Shown in pieces: positions 12,458 to 25,993 of a DNA stretch of 64,000 nt. The stretch lies in contig NC_043004.1 of the NCBI RefSeq assembly GCF_006345805.1, forward strand, positions 41,292,001 to 41,356,000. The letters are read 5' to 3'. Each line of letters starts with the position of its first letter. The first letter of the stretch is position 1. The notes beneath the pieces were generated by a model that ran no database searches, was not told where the DNA came from, and saw nothing but the letters and a program-made list of their open reading frames with translations. The translations under genes and the position numbers were made by a program. Origin of the DNA: Octopus sinensis (Eukaryota).

Positions 12458-12807
12458 TATCTCAATGAAATATTGGTTTAGGAGCTTGACGCATAATTTG
12501 AGAATTCCAATAATTAATAGCCAATCTTTCGTTTTTTTAAATTTTTCTCTGTAAATCTAGCACGTGTCTGATAAAACCCATATAAGTACGGGAAAAAAGG
12601 AGAGTGACGAAACGCCGAAACAATATCTATCACTCCTTAAGGAATCTGCTCAAAGAAACACAATTTGGATGGCAAGTTGGCAGAGTCGTTAGCACGTCAG
12701 ACAAAAGTGCTTAGTAGCATTTTTTCCCGATTTTACGTTTTGAGTTCAAATTCTGCAGAGGTCGACCTCACCTTTTATCCTTCAGGGTCGATAAAATAGG
12801 AATTAGT

Positions 12808-13234
12808 GGATCTTTTCGGTTTGAACGGCAGTTTTTTTCTAGCGGTGTCATATGAAATTGTCACCCATAATTATGACCCTAGTATCGATCTATTGCATTT
12901 CAATCTGTTTTGGGGTTAGGGTTAGTTAGGGTTAGGGGTAGGGTGGGGGTAAGGGTATCTTTTTTTCTTCACAAATGTAAATAAACTCAATCTGTTTCTT
13001 AAACGAGGGACATATTCATACGACACAGAATTTTTTTTTTACCTCAATAGACGTCACTGACTGGTTGAAATTGCAGAAAAAACAACAACAAATATCTTAC
13101 AAACTCTAGAATTTTCTCAATAAAGCCAAGAGAAAAAGATGTTTTATAAACACATTCTACCAGTATACGAAGTTTAAAATCTTTTAGTTACCTAGAAATT
13201 ATGTTAAAAACTGCCGTTCAAACCGAAAAGATCC
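12808..13234. mobile_element. GGATC-TIR MITE form A nested in a SINE, 8-bp TSD gaattagt
   Basis: TSD at 12800-12807 and 13235-13242; host SINE halves at ~12668-12807 and 13235-13320. Confidence 0.93.
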
Positions 13235-13787
13235 GAATTAGTCGAGCACAAGGTCGATGTAATCTATTAGTTCCCTCCCTCAAAACTTTATGCCTTGTAC
13301 CTATAGCAGAAAGAATTATTATCATTTATTCTTTTCGACAGATGGCATCAAAACCAGAGACCTTTGGTATGGCAGCATATATTTGTTGGTTGTTGTTCCA
13401 CTAGAATTTTAGATGTCACAATTCATAATCTATTCTGTATGCAAGTAATTAGTTTGTCCTTCCTTTCTCAAGTCAGTAGGGTGTCACATGAGAGGATTCG
13501 CTGGATTCAGGGAACGTCTAGAGACGACTCCTTCGTTGGATCAAGTTTTTGGAGTTACACGAACATGTGGACAATTTTGGACAATTGTAAATCTATCTAA
13601 GGCTTCCCAACAATCTCTAATCCCAAGACATTTCTTCAAATATATATAACAGTAAAGGGAAAGCAATCGCTACGAATCTTGAGATAAATTTTGTAACTTC
13701 ACATCTCCATTCAATATATTAAAAGCGGGTCACATGCGGAAATCGCATAGTTGAGAACTTTTTCACAATATTTCAGACATATATTAA

Positions 13788-14099
13788 GGAGCACTCCGTC
13801 GGTTACGACGACGAGGGTCCCAGCTGATACGATCAACATAACAGCCTGCTCGTGAAATTAACGTGCAAGTGGCTGAGCACTCCACAGACACGTGTACCCT
13901 TAACGTAGTTCTCAGGGAGATTCAGTGTGACAAGGCCGGCCCTTTGAAATACAGGTACAACTCATTTTTGCCAGCTGAGTGGACTGGAGCAACATGAAAT
14001 AAAGTGTCTTGCTCAAGGACACAACGCGTCGCTTGGAATCGAACTCACGACCTTACAATCGTGAGCCGAATGCCCTAACCACTAAGCCACGCGCCTTCA
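13788..14099 (-). mobile_element. tRNA-derived SINE with a V/Meta-domain-like body (gtgtccttgagcaagacactt)
   Basis: Reverse complement: ggcgcgtggcttagtggttagggcattcggctcacg...gagttcgattcc; partial relatives at ~45960-46115 and ~49515-49615. Confidence 0.8.
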
Positions 14100-15802
14100 C
14101 AGACATATATTAAGAAATCGTCAAATACATATCAAGGCCATTAGTGCTCCTAAATCAACTACATACATGATATAGTAACAGACTTAAAAGGTGATGGTGA
14201 ATTCCAGGCGATAACAAAAGTTATTTCTGTTATCAATTCAAATCCCATTCTGGAGAATTGCCGCGCTGCACAAACAGAACTTTGCAACAAAGGCGATATT
14301 AATAAAGAAGAGGAGAAAGAGAAAGAACGTGTGTGTGTGGGTGGGTGTGTGTTGAAAATGGACAGAAGATAAAAGAAATTCTTAAAAATTTGGTGGCATA
14401 AAACCAAATATATTGGTTTTATGCCACCAATTTTTATGCCACCGATTTTTATGCCACCAATTTTTGGTACAAGGCGAGCAATTCTTTTTTTTTTTTACTG
14501 GGAGGCGGGAGTCGATTAGATCGACTCCAATGCTTAACTGATACTTTATTTTATCGACTCCGAAAGGATGAAAGGCAAAATCGACTTCCACGGAATTTGG
14601 ACTCAGAAGGTAAATTGCCGAAAGAAATGCCGCTGAATATTTTGTCTGAATCGCTAACGATTCTGCCAGCTAGCTGCCTCTAAAAGAAACCAGAGCAAGA
14701 CATTAAATAATTAATCAGGTCATACCTAGTATTAATTCCAGCCCTCCTTATTGTTCCTAAATGAACATTTACGATGACCAAAATACCATCACCATGGGAA
14801 CAACTTCATATTGTTATTGTTTAGCCGTAGATAAACACTGAGCAAGAAAACCTATGATTAGAGGCATTCCAGCCATGACCATTATGCCTATTTGTATATC
14901 AGTGAGTATAACGCCCAAATGTGCCCTACCATTTTTATAAGACGGTAGTATGACGTGTGAGGTATTTGGTTTCTATTTCCAGCAGGACCAGCAACTTGGT
15001 AGAGATGTCTTCGTTGGATCGAGAAGGCAGTTGTTAATTCCAAATCAGTCCTGATAGACCAGACAAATGGTGGTCAAAGGCATTCTAGCCAAGACAATTC
15101 CATCTTTTCGTATACCAGGAACTACATTTTCCAATGTGTCCTTATCTAAGATAGTAGGGTAGAATTTGGGGAGAGAGGAGGGGGGAGTGACCGTGTAGAG
15201 ATTCTTGGTTGTGGTTTGTAGTGTAGAGTGCTGACTTGTAATGCAAGTTAGTGGTTTGGTGTCATGGGATGATGTAGTGTGTTAATGTGTTGTCTATTGG
15301 TTGTTGCATCCATTAAGCGTTACATCATCCCATCTTTAATAACGAGACAATCTTATCCAATGTTTCCTTCCGTAATTCGAAGGAAGGTTTTGACGTGATA
15401 GCGATTTGACTGCTATGTATTGCAGGTCGATCTATCACACAGTGGCACCCATCGTTGGTTTGTCTTCACCTGTTATGCGTGGCATGCTACTAAATAGGGA
15501 GTAAAGTATTTTTAAAGTCAGGGATTCTCAAAATTTATCTCAGAAAAACTCTATCTTCAATAGTACTGTAGTTTGCATTAAGCATTGTCTGATATGGATA
15601 AATGTTTTTCATTTTTTCTAAAGCCTAAACAATGCGAGTCATAATAAATAAAACACGCCGACTGTTTGTACTTTATCTTATAGTTCAATATTTCAGAGTT
15701 CAGTGCCCTTCTTCAGGAAATCTTCAGAAATTTCCTGAAGTAGGGGTCCTAATCCCGAAATATTGAAATACAAGATTAAGTGGACACTATCGACTTGCAT
15801 TA

Positions 15803-16166
15803 TCTCTATATATATAAACGGCAAAATGTCTGTGTGCGTGTCCTTTATACAAATCCACAATTTTTCAGTTAGAGGACTCGCACTTTCTATGGTCATTCAA
15901 AACCGTCCAAAGGTGATCGTGCACATCTTTACATTTCCGCAGTCACCCAACAAAGCCATTATAAAATCAATAGGAGTGACTTTTTTGTGAATTTTCTATC
16001 CAAAACCCAATCAAAATGCTCGAAACTTGATATGCCAATTGAATACCAGCTAGCTGTATGTGATTGGTCGGAGATTTGGACAGTACTTGCGTGTATGTGC
16101 GCACGCACGCAGCTGTATATGCATGCACTAGCACTATGACCCGGCGTTGCCGGGTCATAGTGCTAG
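15803..16166 (+). mobile_element. Non-autonomous Helitron with a fully palindromic 3' end
   Basis: a|TCtctatatatataaac start; CTAG|t end; 18-bp perfect inverted repeat at 16127-16167; sister copy at 57099-57432. Confidence 0.8.
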
Positions 16167-16574
16167 TTTCTTATAAGTCGCATCGTTTTGGCTTTAAATG
16201 ATTAAAAGCATTTATTTATATCGATATTTTAAACAACGTAGCACTGTCACAAAACAACTTCTAAACCTAGTCTAATACTTTTACTTTTCGTCCGTAATTT
16301 AAAAGGTAATCTATTTTCGTTATCGATACTGGACGGTAGAGCAACAATATTAAAAGTTGAGTTAAATAAGGTTGACTGTTATCACAAGAAATCGATTTCT
16401 TAAAAAGAAAAGCGATTATGTGTTCATTGAACAGCGTAAAACAGAAAACACGGAACAAACTTTCTCGGTTGAAATAACACATAATTAATCAACATAGAGT
16501 GGTTCAATTTACTTCAGTGGGAATAGCGGAAAGGTCATGTTTCGGATGTTCGACCGATATTAGGGAGATGCAAG

Positions 16575-16988
16575 GAATCTTTTCGGTTTGAACGGCAGTT
16601 TTTTCTAGCTATGTCATATGAAATTGTCACCCATAATTATGACCCTAGAATCGATCTCTTGCATTTCAATCTCTTTTAGGGTTAGGGTTAGAGGTTGGGG
16701 AAGGGTATCTTTTTTTCTTCACAAATGTAAATAAACCCAATCTGTTTCTTAAACGAGGGACATATTCATACGGCACAGAATGCTTTTTACCTCAATAGAC
16801 GTCAGTGATTGGTTGAAATTGCAGAAAATGAAGAAAAAAACAACAAATATCTTACAAACTATAGAATTTTCTCAATAAAGCCAAGTGAAAAAATGTTTTA
16901 TAAACACAGTCTACCAGTATACGAAGTTTAAAATTTTTTAGTTACCTAGAAATTATGTTAAAAACTGCCGTTCAAACCGAAAAGATCC
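16575..16988. mobile_element. GGATC-TIR MITE form A, 8-bp TSD gatgcaag
   Basis: TSD at 16567-16574 and 16989-16996; left end reads gaatcttttcgg. Confidence 0.9.
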
Positions 16989-17299
16989 GATGCAAGGAAT
17001 CTTAAATGATGTAACATCTACAGAGATCCAGAAAACGCAGGTTCTATTATAACCGGCGCTAAATATATAATTGATCAAAGTATACTAGAGTTTTAATAAA
17101 TCCTTAACAACAACGAACATAACAATCTCATCGAGGACTCCTTCGACGTCATGCTATCCTTCTCATGAAATTGTAGATGAAACCGAAACAACCCAAATTT
17201 TAAAGGAAAACGGTAAACAAGGGTTAGCTTGAGGTCATGTCGACCCACATCTTTAAACAGAACTTTAGAGGCTCAATTCAGACAGCTATGTGAGGCTGC

Positions 17300-17787
17300 T
17301 GGAGACTGTGATCAAACCCTAGCTGGAAAGGGTTGCTACTGGAAGGTCATATGTAGGGCAATAGATTCGGCTGCTTGCCATATCTCCGGAAAGAGTCAGA
17401 TGTTGTTGTCGGAGAATTTCCACGACTTCACCAGCCCCAATTTCTGGCCTCCTAATTTTCCTGATTGTAATCCCATAGACTATGTGCGGAGCGCAGTTGA
17501 GAAAGACACCAACCGCTCTGCCGGCAACACCAAGGCCGAGGTGATGGTCAAAATCAAGGAGGTGTTCGAAGATCTTCCCTGGGACACTGTAAAGGACGCA
17601 TGAACTAGGTTCTGGAGCCCTCTTGAGGCCGCGGTTGAAGACGAAGGCGATTACTTTAAATAAAGTTATCTCCCAACCATAACTTGGTTAATATCTTTTG
17701 ATTTTAGAAAATATTTTTATAATTGGATAGGACATTGTTTTCTTTTCCTTTAATGCAAACTGTCAAATTTAGCCCGAATACCTTGCA
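17300..17787 (+). mobile_element. maT-type (DD37D) Tc1/mariner transposase remnant, 3' half
   Basis: DSAACHIS.KSQ..L.ENF.DF..P.FWPPN.PDCNPIDY with 37 residues between the last two Asp; then L.AAVEDEGDYF and a TIR-like end near 17787. Confidence 0.8.
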
Positions 17788-18199
17788 TATCAATAATATA
17801 CTTTATATACTGCAAACATTATCTGGTATACAACTCAATACGTTGGGTAGAGTGGATAGATGGATATTTATTATATCTAAGTCTACTCTGAGTTTCACTC
17901 TTTGCTAGGCTGTTCATGACTGTTCAGAAAATCGTGAGCTTAGAAGACTGCCGACCTTGATCTATCTATCATACATATATACATACATACATACAATCAC
18001 GCACATTTTACATATATATTTATTTATACACACACATACGCATTTCACATACATATTTATTCATTCACACTCATGTACATATATACATATATATACACAC
18101 TTATACACACACACACACGACGAGTTCAACAGGAAAAAAAGGCACAATTACTGTTGGTTGCTGAGATCGAACAAACACTGATTTAATATGCTCAGCATT

Positions 18200-18958
18200 C
18201 TGACATGCATCATTGTCATAATTTGCAAAGGCCAAATTACGTCAGACAGTGCAGAATATGTAAATTGGCGTCAATTGCAGAAAAAATTCAAGCTTGTTGT
18301 AAGATATCTAGCACAAAAAGTCAAAACTATCTTGTAAAAAGATTCAGGATCATGTGCAATTTTGCAGGCACCATAGAGATTGAAGTAAGGAGGAATGGTT
18401 TAAATTTATGTTCAGAGGCAAACACATCAAGCAATGTAAATTTAATCGTCCATTAAATTTAAGGTACTATCCCGGTTATATACTTGCAAGAGCCAAGCAA
18501 AGCTCGTCTATTACAAGAAAGGCGGCCATTTTTGCAAATATGGATGAACTGGTATTTGGATACTAATGTAACCGCATATAATTCTAAAAGCTGGATATTC
18601 TGAAGAAGCTACGTATATATTCCATCACTATATTCCAACAGCACAGTTGACCCCGTCATTCGACAAAATGCGTTTGAAAAGTGGTTTAGAGGTAAAGATA
18701 TTAGCCGGTGTCAGCTCCTGATCTGACATTTATTGAAAATGCATTGGATTACAGAAAAAAATTATAATAAATTGCAGTTTATAATACTTCATCAATTTCA
18801 GATTAAAAAAAAGAAAAAAAGAAGATACCCCGGGTTTGAACATAAAAGATAACCCCACAAAATTCGGTGGAAATGCTTGACGACATTGTTGCTGTGCCAG
18901 AGGCAAAGAGTTATAACACCTAGTATTGAACAGTGTAACTTTGATGTACATTCATATG
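18200..18958 (+). mobile_element. Highly decayed Tc1-like transposase sequence hosting the Tx1 LINE
   Basis: Frameshifted remnants HHRD*SKEEWFKFMF (cf. H.DW..E.W.KV.F), FQQ..DPRHSTK and PDLTFIEN (cf. SPDLNPIEN). Confidence 0.6.
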
Positions 18959-21900
18959 CCAACCCAAACCGCAGGAAGCAGCTCAGCCAGGTGGAAGAAC
19001 CGGGCGGCCCAGAAGGGACGGCTGAAGGTGTAGAGGTGACAGAGGCAGCGGAGGTGGCGGAGGAAACAAAGAGCGATGAAACGAAAAATGAGGAGGGGTG
19101 GTCAAAAATCACTAGGAAAAAAAGAAAAACTGAAACCACCCCTCCGAAAGTAAACCAAAAGAAAAAAGAGAGTCTTTGAACTCATTTATGGCCATTAAGG
19201 CCTCAAATAATAGACTGGGTAATGTGTTGGCAGCTATGGCCAAGGTAGAAAAAATTGGAAGAAAAAATGATTACATATTGTACAGAATAGGCCGAAAAGA
19301 TTACGGACGGATAAAGTCCGAATTTTTTCATGACGTGGGCCCCCTCAGAATGGATATATCATCACCATATATATTCGAGGGCCTGCGTCAGACTCCCCCA
19401 CGAGGCCCAGAAAAAGAGGAAAAAAATGAAGAAGAGAAAGGAAAAGTCGAACCACTGATATAAGGTAAGTCATGGATTACATTTATGTTGGTTGTTTAAA
19501 TGTGCGCGGCTTGGGATCAAGCTGGAAGCAAGGTCGCTTCCTTAATGATATCAGGTCGAGTAATTTGGATGTTATTGTTGCTACAGAAACCCGGTTAGAG
19601 GGGCCAAGAGGTCTACTCCCGCTGTTTGACGGCTACGAGAGTTTTTTTCTCTCCGGCCAGTCCTACAGGCGGGGGTGGGGTGTTGGTCCTATTAAAAAGA
19701 AACCGGGTTTTTGAGAAAAAGTTAATTTTTTCAGACCCAGAGGTAGGCTGGTCGTCATGGATTTGACGTTCAGTAACGGTAAAGTTATCAGACTGGTTGC
19801 AATTACGCACCCAACCAAAAAGGGCAAAGTGATTATTTTCGAGAACTGGAAAACTTTCTTGGTACTTCGCATTCATTAGTTGTGCTAGGAGACTTTAACA
19901 CAATTTGCAAAGCGGATGTAGATTGTGTTGGCTTGAGTCCAGATAGAAAAGGTAACATTGGCTTCCTGGAACTGCTAAGCCGCTTTGAGCTAGCAGATCC
20001 TTATAGGTTGGAATTTCCGAACGCTCCACTGTGGACATGGTCAAACAGCGACGGATCTTCCAGGTCATACATAGATAGGATACTAATTAGAAAAGTAGAC
20101 AGAAAAATAGCTAAGTGTCCACAGTTTTACCTGGTCAGCTACAGTGATCATAAAATGGTCACCTGTAAGCTTGACATAGATAAGGTTAAAAATAGAGGCT
20201 CCGGTTACTGGAAACTTAATACGTCCCTTTTGGCGATTAAGGAGTACAGAGACCGGATTAGGACTATAATTCAGAGGGCGCTATCTGGTGCCATCATTAA
20301 TAACAAATGGTGGTACGCCCTCAAGCGAGCCATCAAATTCGAGTCAATTAGATATAGCATAGGATTAGTGGCTAGAGAGGCTAGGAGGGAATCTACTCTA
20401 ATTAAGGAATTAGAGGAAGCCTTGAAAACTGGCTCTGCGGCTCAGGTGACGGCCAAGAGACTGGCGTTAAACCAGCACCTCGAGGCCAAACACATGGGCT
20501 GCATTGTCAGGGCTAGGATCCGCGCAATGGGTTGTGAAGGAATCAACGCCGTGAGATGGGCCCGAGTGGTGGAAGCTCAGCGTGGTAACGACGCCACGAT
20601 TCGATCTATGACGAACCAACAAGGGGAGTTGATAAACGAGCCCGAGGAGATGTGTGAGGCCTTTCAGGAGCACTTCGCTCAGCTTTTCGGTGAGTGCGGC
20701 GGACTGGATAGGAGGAGAGCCTTTACGGACCTCCTCGACGGGCTGCCGCGCTTATCGGGGCGAGATGCGGAGGGCTGTGAAGGGCCAATCACGCCTGGGG
20801 AGGTGGTTGAGGCGATGGCGGACTGCGGCGCGGGCAAGGCGCCGGGTTTAGATGGTCTACCCTATGAGTTATATAAGAGTATGCCAGACTTGTTCGGGCA
20901 CCTACTGGCAGAGGTCTATGCGAACTGGCAGCAGAACGGGTTCATACCCAGATCTGTGCGCCGGGGAGTAGTGACACTCGTCAGAAAGGACCCGAGCAAG
21001 GGGGAGTGCATTGATAATTTCAGGCCCATCACTCTGCTAAACACAGAGTTGAAGATTTTGGCCAAAGTGTTATCGAAAAGATTGGCGCGTGTCGTGGATG
21101 GTCTGATCGGGGAGGCACAGACATGTGCCGTTCCCGGCAGAACCATTCAGGATAATCTCCATCTTATGCGGTACACTATAGAGGGGTTTAATAGTGATTC
21201 TGGCAAGGGTGGGGCACTGGTCCATTTATATCAATCTAAAGCATTCGATAGGGTCGACCATCGTTACCTGGTATCTGCCCTGGCAGTTTGGGCTGGGCCT
21301 TGGCTTCCTCAGGTGGATTATCCAAATTTACGACAACATCGACTCGGTAGTTCGGGTGAACGGCTTCTTGTCGAAGCCGTTCAACATCAAGCGCTCGGTT
21401 CGTCAAGGGTGTCCGCTCTCCCCGCTTTTGTACGTGATGGCTCTTGAGCCATTACTGCGAAAACTGAGCGGCATCCCGAGACAGCCAGGTTGTGGAAAAT
21501 CGGCGTCAGCGTACGCGGATGACATCACCATCATCGTAACCGAAATGGATCACCTACGTAAAGTAGGCAAGGCCATAGAGGTTTACGAGACGGTGACAGG
21601 AGCAAAAGTTAATCGCGAAAAGTCAGTCGGCTTGCAACTCAGCACCTGGAGAGGCAAGTCGATGCCTCCTGACAGCGTCGTGGGACGTTGGACGGAGGCT
21701 CCGATTAAGTTGCTAGGGGTTTGGCTCGGTCCAGACCTCCAAATAGAGAAGAATTGGGGCGAGGTATCGAGCAGGGTGGCTGCAGTAACCAAGATCTGGT
21801 CTTGGCGGTGGCTATCCCTGAAAGGGCGGAGGTAGCCAATGTGTTTATCGCATCGGTTATCACCTACCGCCTTTCCGTCGTTCCTTGCCCTGATTCGTGG

Positions 21901-23100
21901 TTGATCAAGTTGGAAAGACAGCTCTTCTACTTCTTGTGGAAGGGCGGGAAACCACTTGTGAAACGCTCTACTTGCTGTCAACAACCGTTAAAGGGTGGGC
22001 TAGGGATGCCTTGGCTGATGATGCGCAGACATGCGCTGAGGTTAAGACATCTGTGGCTCTACCTGGATGGTGAACGGGTGTGGTCTCCGCTAGCAAAACT
22101 GATGTTTCCCAAGTTCACTAGTTTCGGTGGATGGGAAACCTGGCTGAATCGTAGATCGAAACTGGGCACATGGTACACGGAGTGTCGCAAGGCTCTCCTG
22201 CTATTCCGTCGCTCGGGCAACGCCTGCGGTGGGGGTTCCACCACATTCTTCTATAGAGGGTTGGTAGAGGCGGAATGTGAAGATACCTTGGGGGAAACCC
22301 TAGGTCTCGACGATAATCAGCTGGCCAGTCTGTTCCGACGTACGTTCGAGCCGAAGACACTGGACAACTTCCAGAAGTCTCTGGCATGGCAATGCTACAG
22401 AGGAGCTCTACCTGTTCGGGATAAACTCGCAAGGCACGGTGGCCAAGACAGTCCGATATGTCCAAGATGCGAGCGGGATAGGGAAACCGTCCCGCACGCT
22501 ATTGTTCATTGTTCGGTTGTGTCTGAGGTGTGGGTTTATGCCGAACAGCTGTTGTCAAGCACAAGAAGAGTACAGCTATCGACTGAGTCTATTACAAAAA
22601 TTGACCCACCAGATTTCCTCGCGAAAGAAGGTAAGAATTGTTTTCTCGTTGTAGTAGCAATTGCGAAAGAGGTGATATAGAAGACGAGAATGAAAGGTTT
22701 ACGGTCAGGTAAGTTCATATCCGGCCCTGGTTTGATGAATTACTTCATCTTTCACCTGAAAAGGAAGATAGGGCTGGAGAGAAAATGCCTGACTAAGAGA
22801 GTGTATGAAGAACGATGGAAAGATGTAGCACGAAAGTTGCGAGTGGATGATACCACATAAATGTAAAACTAGATGAAACCAAAGTATCAGTGGGGAGGCG
22901 GGGCTCGTGGGGTCCGAGCTAAACCCGCTCCCACTCCATCCGTAATGTCTTCCGGTCTGTTCCTCATTCGATTTTTGATATTTTTGTAATTTTTGTAAAT
23001 TTTAAAATTCGCCATTTTTGTAAACCCATTCGTTAATCTGACCCCACATCAGATTGTATTGTCCCCTCTATGTTCGCCCCTTGTGGGTAATAATAAAATA
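18959..23100 (+). mobile_element. 5'-truncated Tx1/L1-clade LINE (partial ORF1, disrupted ORF2, 3' UTR)
   Basis: Direct repeat attcatatg at 18950-18958 and 23100-23108 (TSD); APE and RT motifs; A-rich end. Confidence 0.92.
19472..22860 (+). pseudogene. Tx1-clade ORF2 (APE endonuclease, RT, CCHC) with several frameshifts and one premature stop
   Basis: LNVRGL, ETRL, LGDFN, YIDRIL, SDH, GYWKLNTSLL, KAPGLDG, RPITLLN, KAFDRVDH, RQGCPLSP, YADD, CPRC..ETVPH...C; in-frame TAG at 22678-22680 where Trp is expected. Confidence 0.92.
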
Positions 23101-24253
23101 TTCATATGTAAACTATTTCTCTAGTTATCTGCTTGATTCATGAAATACATTGTTTGTTTTTTGTATATAACATCATTTACAGTATAAAACCTCATTTGTT
23201 TACATATATAAATGTATTCGGTATTTGACCAAGAACTGTGTTTTACGATCAGTCACACTTCCTGAAACAGCACGGTTTCAAAAAATTTCAAAAGAAAATT
23301 TCAAAGAAAAAGTAACAATCAACAAGCTTCCGGTGAATTGAAATAACGATTCGGTTTAAATTTCTGATTGATGTAATTTCAATTCTTACGTCGATAATAT
23401 CCTTCAGAAAAGCGTGGTTTGTCACAATACCACATTTTTCTCTTCGTTTTAGGCTTTAAGACCTTAAAAGTAAGCAACTCTGGGTTAAAAGGCAACATGT
23501 TCAAAGTGAAGTAAATTTACAAAAAACATGATTTACACTTTAGTTTTATTCTCAGTCCAAATCGAACGGGAACGATGTTTTTTGCTTTAATATCGGAATC
23601 AATAATGTTAGTACCAGTGTTGTATGAAGGCATGTTTAATCAACTATTCCATTCCCAAACAAAATTTACAATTGTGAATGAATGAATTGCAATGGTTTTC
23701 AACATAAAGTGATATATTTGGGACAAAGAACATGAAACATCACCGCCAGAGGGCCTGTTCCTCTTCTGTGTCTTGAATTCTTTAAAGATCTAAATTCAAA
23801 TTAGAACTGTATCGAGTCAATATTAGTTATAGCCTACAGACTGAAAGAAAAGGTGACGGACTAAACTTAGGAAAATCGGGTTTCCGATAATATAACAACG
23901 GAAACCAAACGAAACCAGCAAGCAGCAGCAGCTACCAGATGAGAGATGCAGAAAACACCAAGAGAAACAGCAGCACTTATTTGCACATTTCTTTTAAATT
24001 GGACGCTTTTAAATTCAAAGAACAGAATTTTATTACCTAATTCCTCGTCCACCAAGAAAGACAATTTTCATTGTTTATGCAGATTCTCGTCACATTTTAC
24101 CCAATTTCATTGTTTAACACTGTTTTGAGTGTTCTCGGATTCTTGCGAAAAAGCGGTTGAAAACAGCATAAACAGAAAGAATATAACAAAACAACCACCC
24201 CATACCGCTACCACCAATACCACAGCTATAGCTACATCAACAACAAACCTTAC

Positions 24254-24410
24254 CTGAAGTTTGGTGTGCGATACTTAAGAACTGTTGGAGAAGATTCGTC
24301 GATTTTTGTTGGTTCATGGTCAATTGTGGCTTCCGCGTTATATACAATTAATCTGTTGGCAGTATCTTTTAAGGAATCAGTACCTATAAACATGTTATTG
24401 TTCATTTTCA
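24254..24410 (-). CDS. Candidate exon, or conserved end of a pseudogenised exon, paralogous to 46271-46718; unidentified protein
   Basis: Open frame VKMNNNMFIGTDSLKDTANRLIVYNAEATIDHEPTKIDESSPTVLKYRTPNF; donor ag|gtaagg; weak acceptor ttaaag|; upstream similarity is out of frame and contains stops. Confidence 0.45.
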
Positions 24411-24988
24411 CTTTAACACACGAAATATATTACCAATTATGTCCCGTTCTGTAAACGTTCTTTGATTAATTTAAAAAGGCCAGATCGGAAAAGAAAAAGT
24501 TTGCCGAGGATGTTCGGTACTTATTTCTTCCCACTGAATTCGATCCACCAAGACCGTCTTCATTACGTTGATACGTTTTCTATGATGTCACAATGACTTT
24601 CGTTAATAAGAACAATTCCACGCATCTCAGTAACTACCTCCCTTTTTCCTCTTCTTTCTCCAACACCAGGTAATATTTGAAAATTATTTCTTCGTACTAA
24701 ATAACTATACACAGTAGATATCCCACAATTCCTTGGTCGACTAACATGTACGAAAGCAATCTTTAGTGATGGTCAATAGAAAGAACTTCGATACAGTCGG
24801 ATGAAACAACAGTATTTTACACACACACACACACACATGTATGTATATATAAATGTATGTGTGTGTGTGCCTGCCTGCATGAAACTCGAGTTGCGAGACA
24901 AACTCTGAGGTTCAGTTAGAAACCGAGCTACAGGACTGAATCTGGGATCAAGTGATTGAAAGCGAAACTCTTATTATGTATGTATGTA

Positions 24989-25019
<31 letters not shown>

Positions 25020-25384
25020 GTATGTATGTATGTATGTACACGCATGCGCGTGCAGACATATACACACCTCTGTAGGTGGGAACTGAAATCACAAACCCAA
25101 GTTTAACAGCTAACATTACCGTTACACGAACAGGTGTATGTTTGTGAATGTGTGTTAATCCCTCCCGTCCCCGCTTTCTTGTTCTTCTGTATTTCGCATT
25201 TGCATTGTCTCCAAACGTCCAAAGTCCCTCTCCCAAATTTCAGACCTTGTGCCAATGCTACAACCTACTATTTTATTATCATTAGAGTGGCGAGCTGGCA
25301 AAATCATAAGCATATCGGACAAAATGCTTAGCGGCATTTCTGCCGATTCCTTACGTTCTGAGTTAGACTTTATACATTCTACAT

Positions 25385-25429
<45 letters not shown>

Positions 25430-25442
25430 CAGATATCTTGGA

Positions 25443-25993
25443 AAGACTTCCGCCCCCACCCCACCGCCATTTTCTCCCAAATTTTTTTGTTAAATTTTTT
25501 ATCTTTTTGGCCCAAAACGCCCGTTTTCGAATACGGAGGTTTCAGAAAATTGCCAAAAATCGGTATTGTTAAATTCCCCACCCCCCGCTTTACCCCCACA
25601 AATTCTTCAATTTTGACTTTTTCCCCAACACTAATCCTAACCCTAAAACCTTAACCGTAACTACAGAAATGTTTTGAAATTTTTGTCCGAATCATAATGT
25701 CCGTATTTCCCAGCATATTTAGAAAAAAAAATTCTTAAAAAAAAAAATTTTAGATAATTTTTTGGAAATTTTTTTCAGAATCAATAATCTCCGTATTTTT
25801 CCGCATATTTTGAAAAAAAAAAAACATTCTGAAAAAAGGGAAAAAATGGAGGTGATGTGGGTGGTAATTTAAAAATGCCAATTTTTGTCAATTTTTTGGC
25901 AGATTCGTATTCCCTGTAGCCGAAAACGGGTGGGGTGGTGAAAAACCCCCCTGAAAAAATGGTGGTTTTGGGTAGGGGGACGGGCGGACGTCT
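25443..25993. mobile_element. Fold-back/MITE-like element with long imperfect inverted arms
   Basis: Ends agacttccgccc / gggcggacgtct; ~25500-25585 is inverted relative to ~25860-25950; central ctaaccct repeats. Confidence 0.6.

Noticed and set aside
18798-19139. Minus-strand ORFs over the Tx1 element (also 20467, 20916, 21583, 22118)
   Set aside because: Antisense shadows of LINE coding sequence.
23730-23945. Plus-strand TSPPE / EFFK / TK..SSSS words resembling the 46k exon (possible third, inverted copy)
   Set aside because: Requires frameshifts and stops, with short matches only; cannot be separated from chance by eye.
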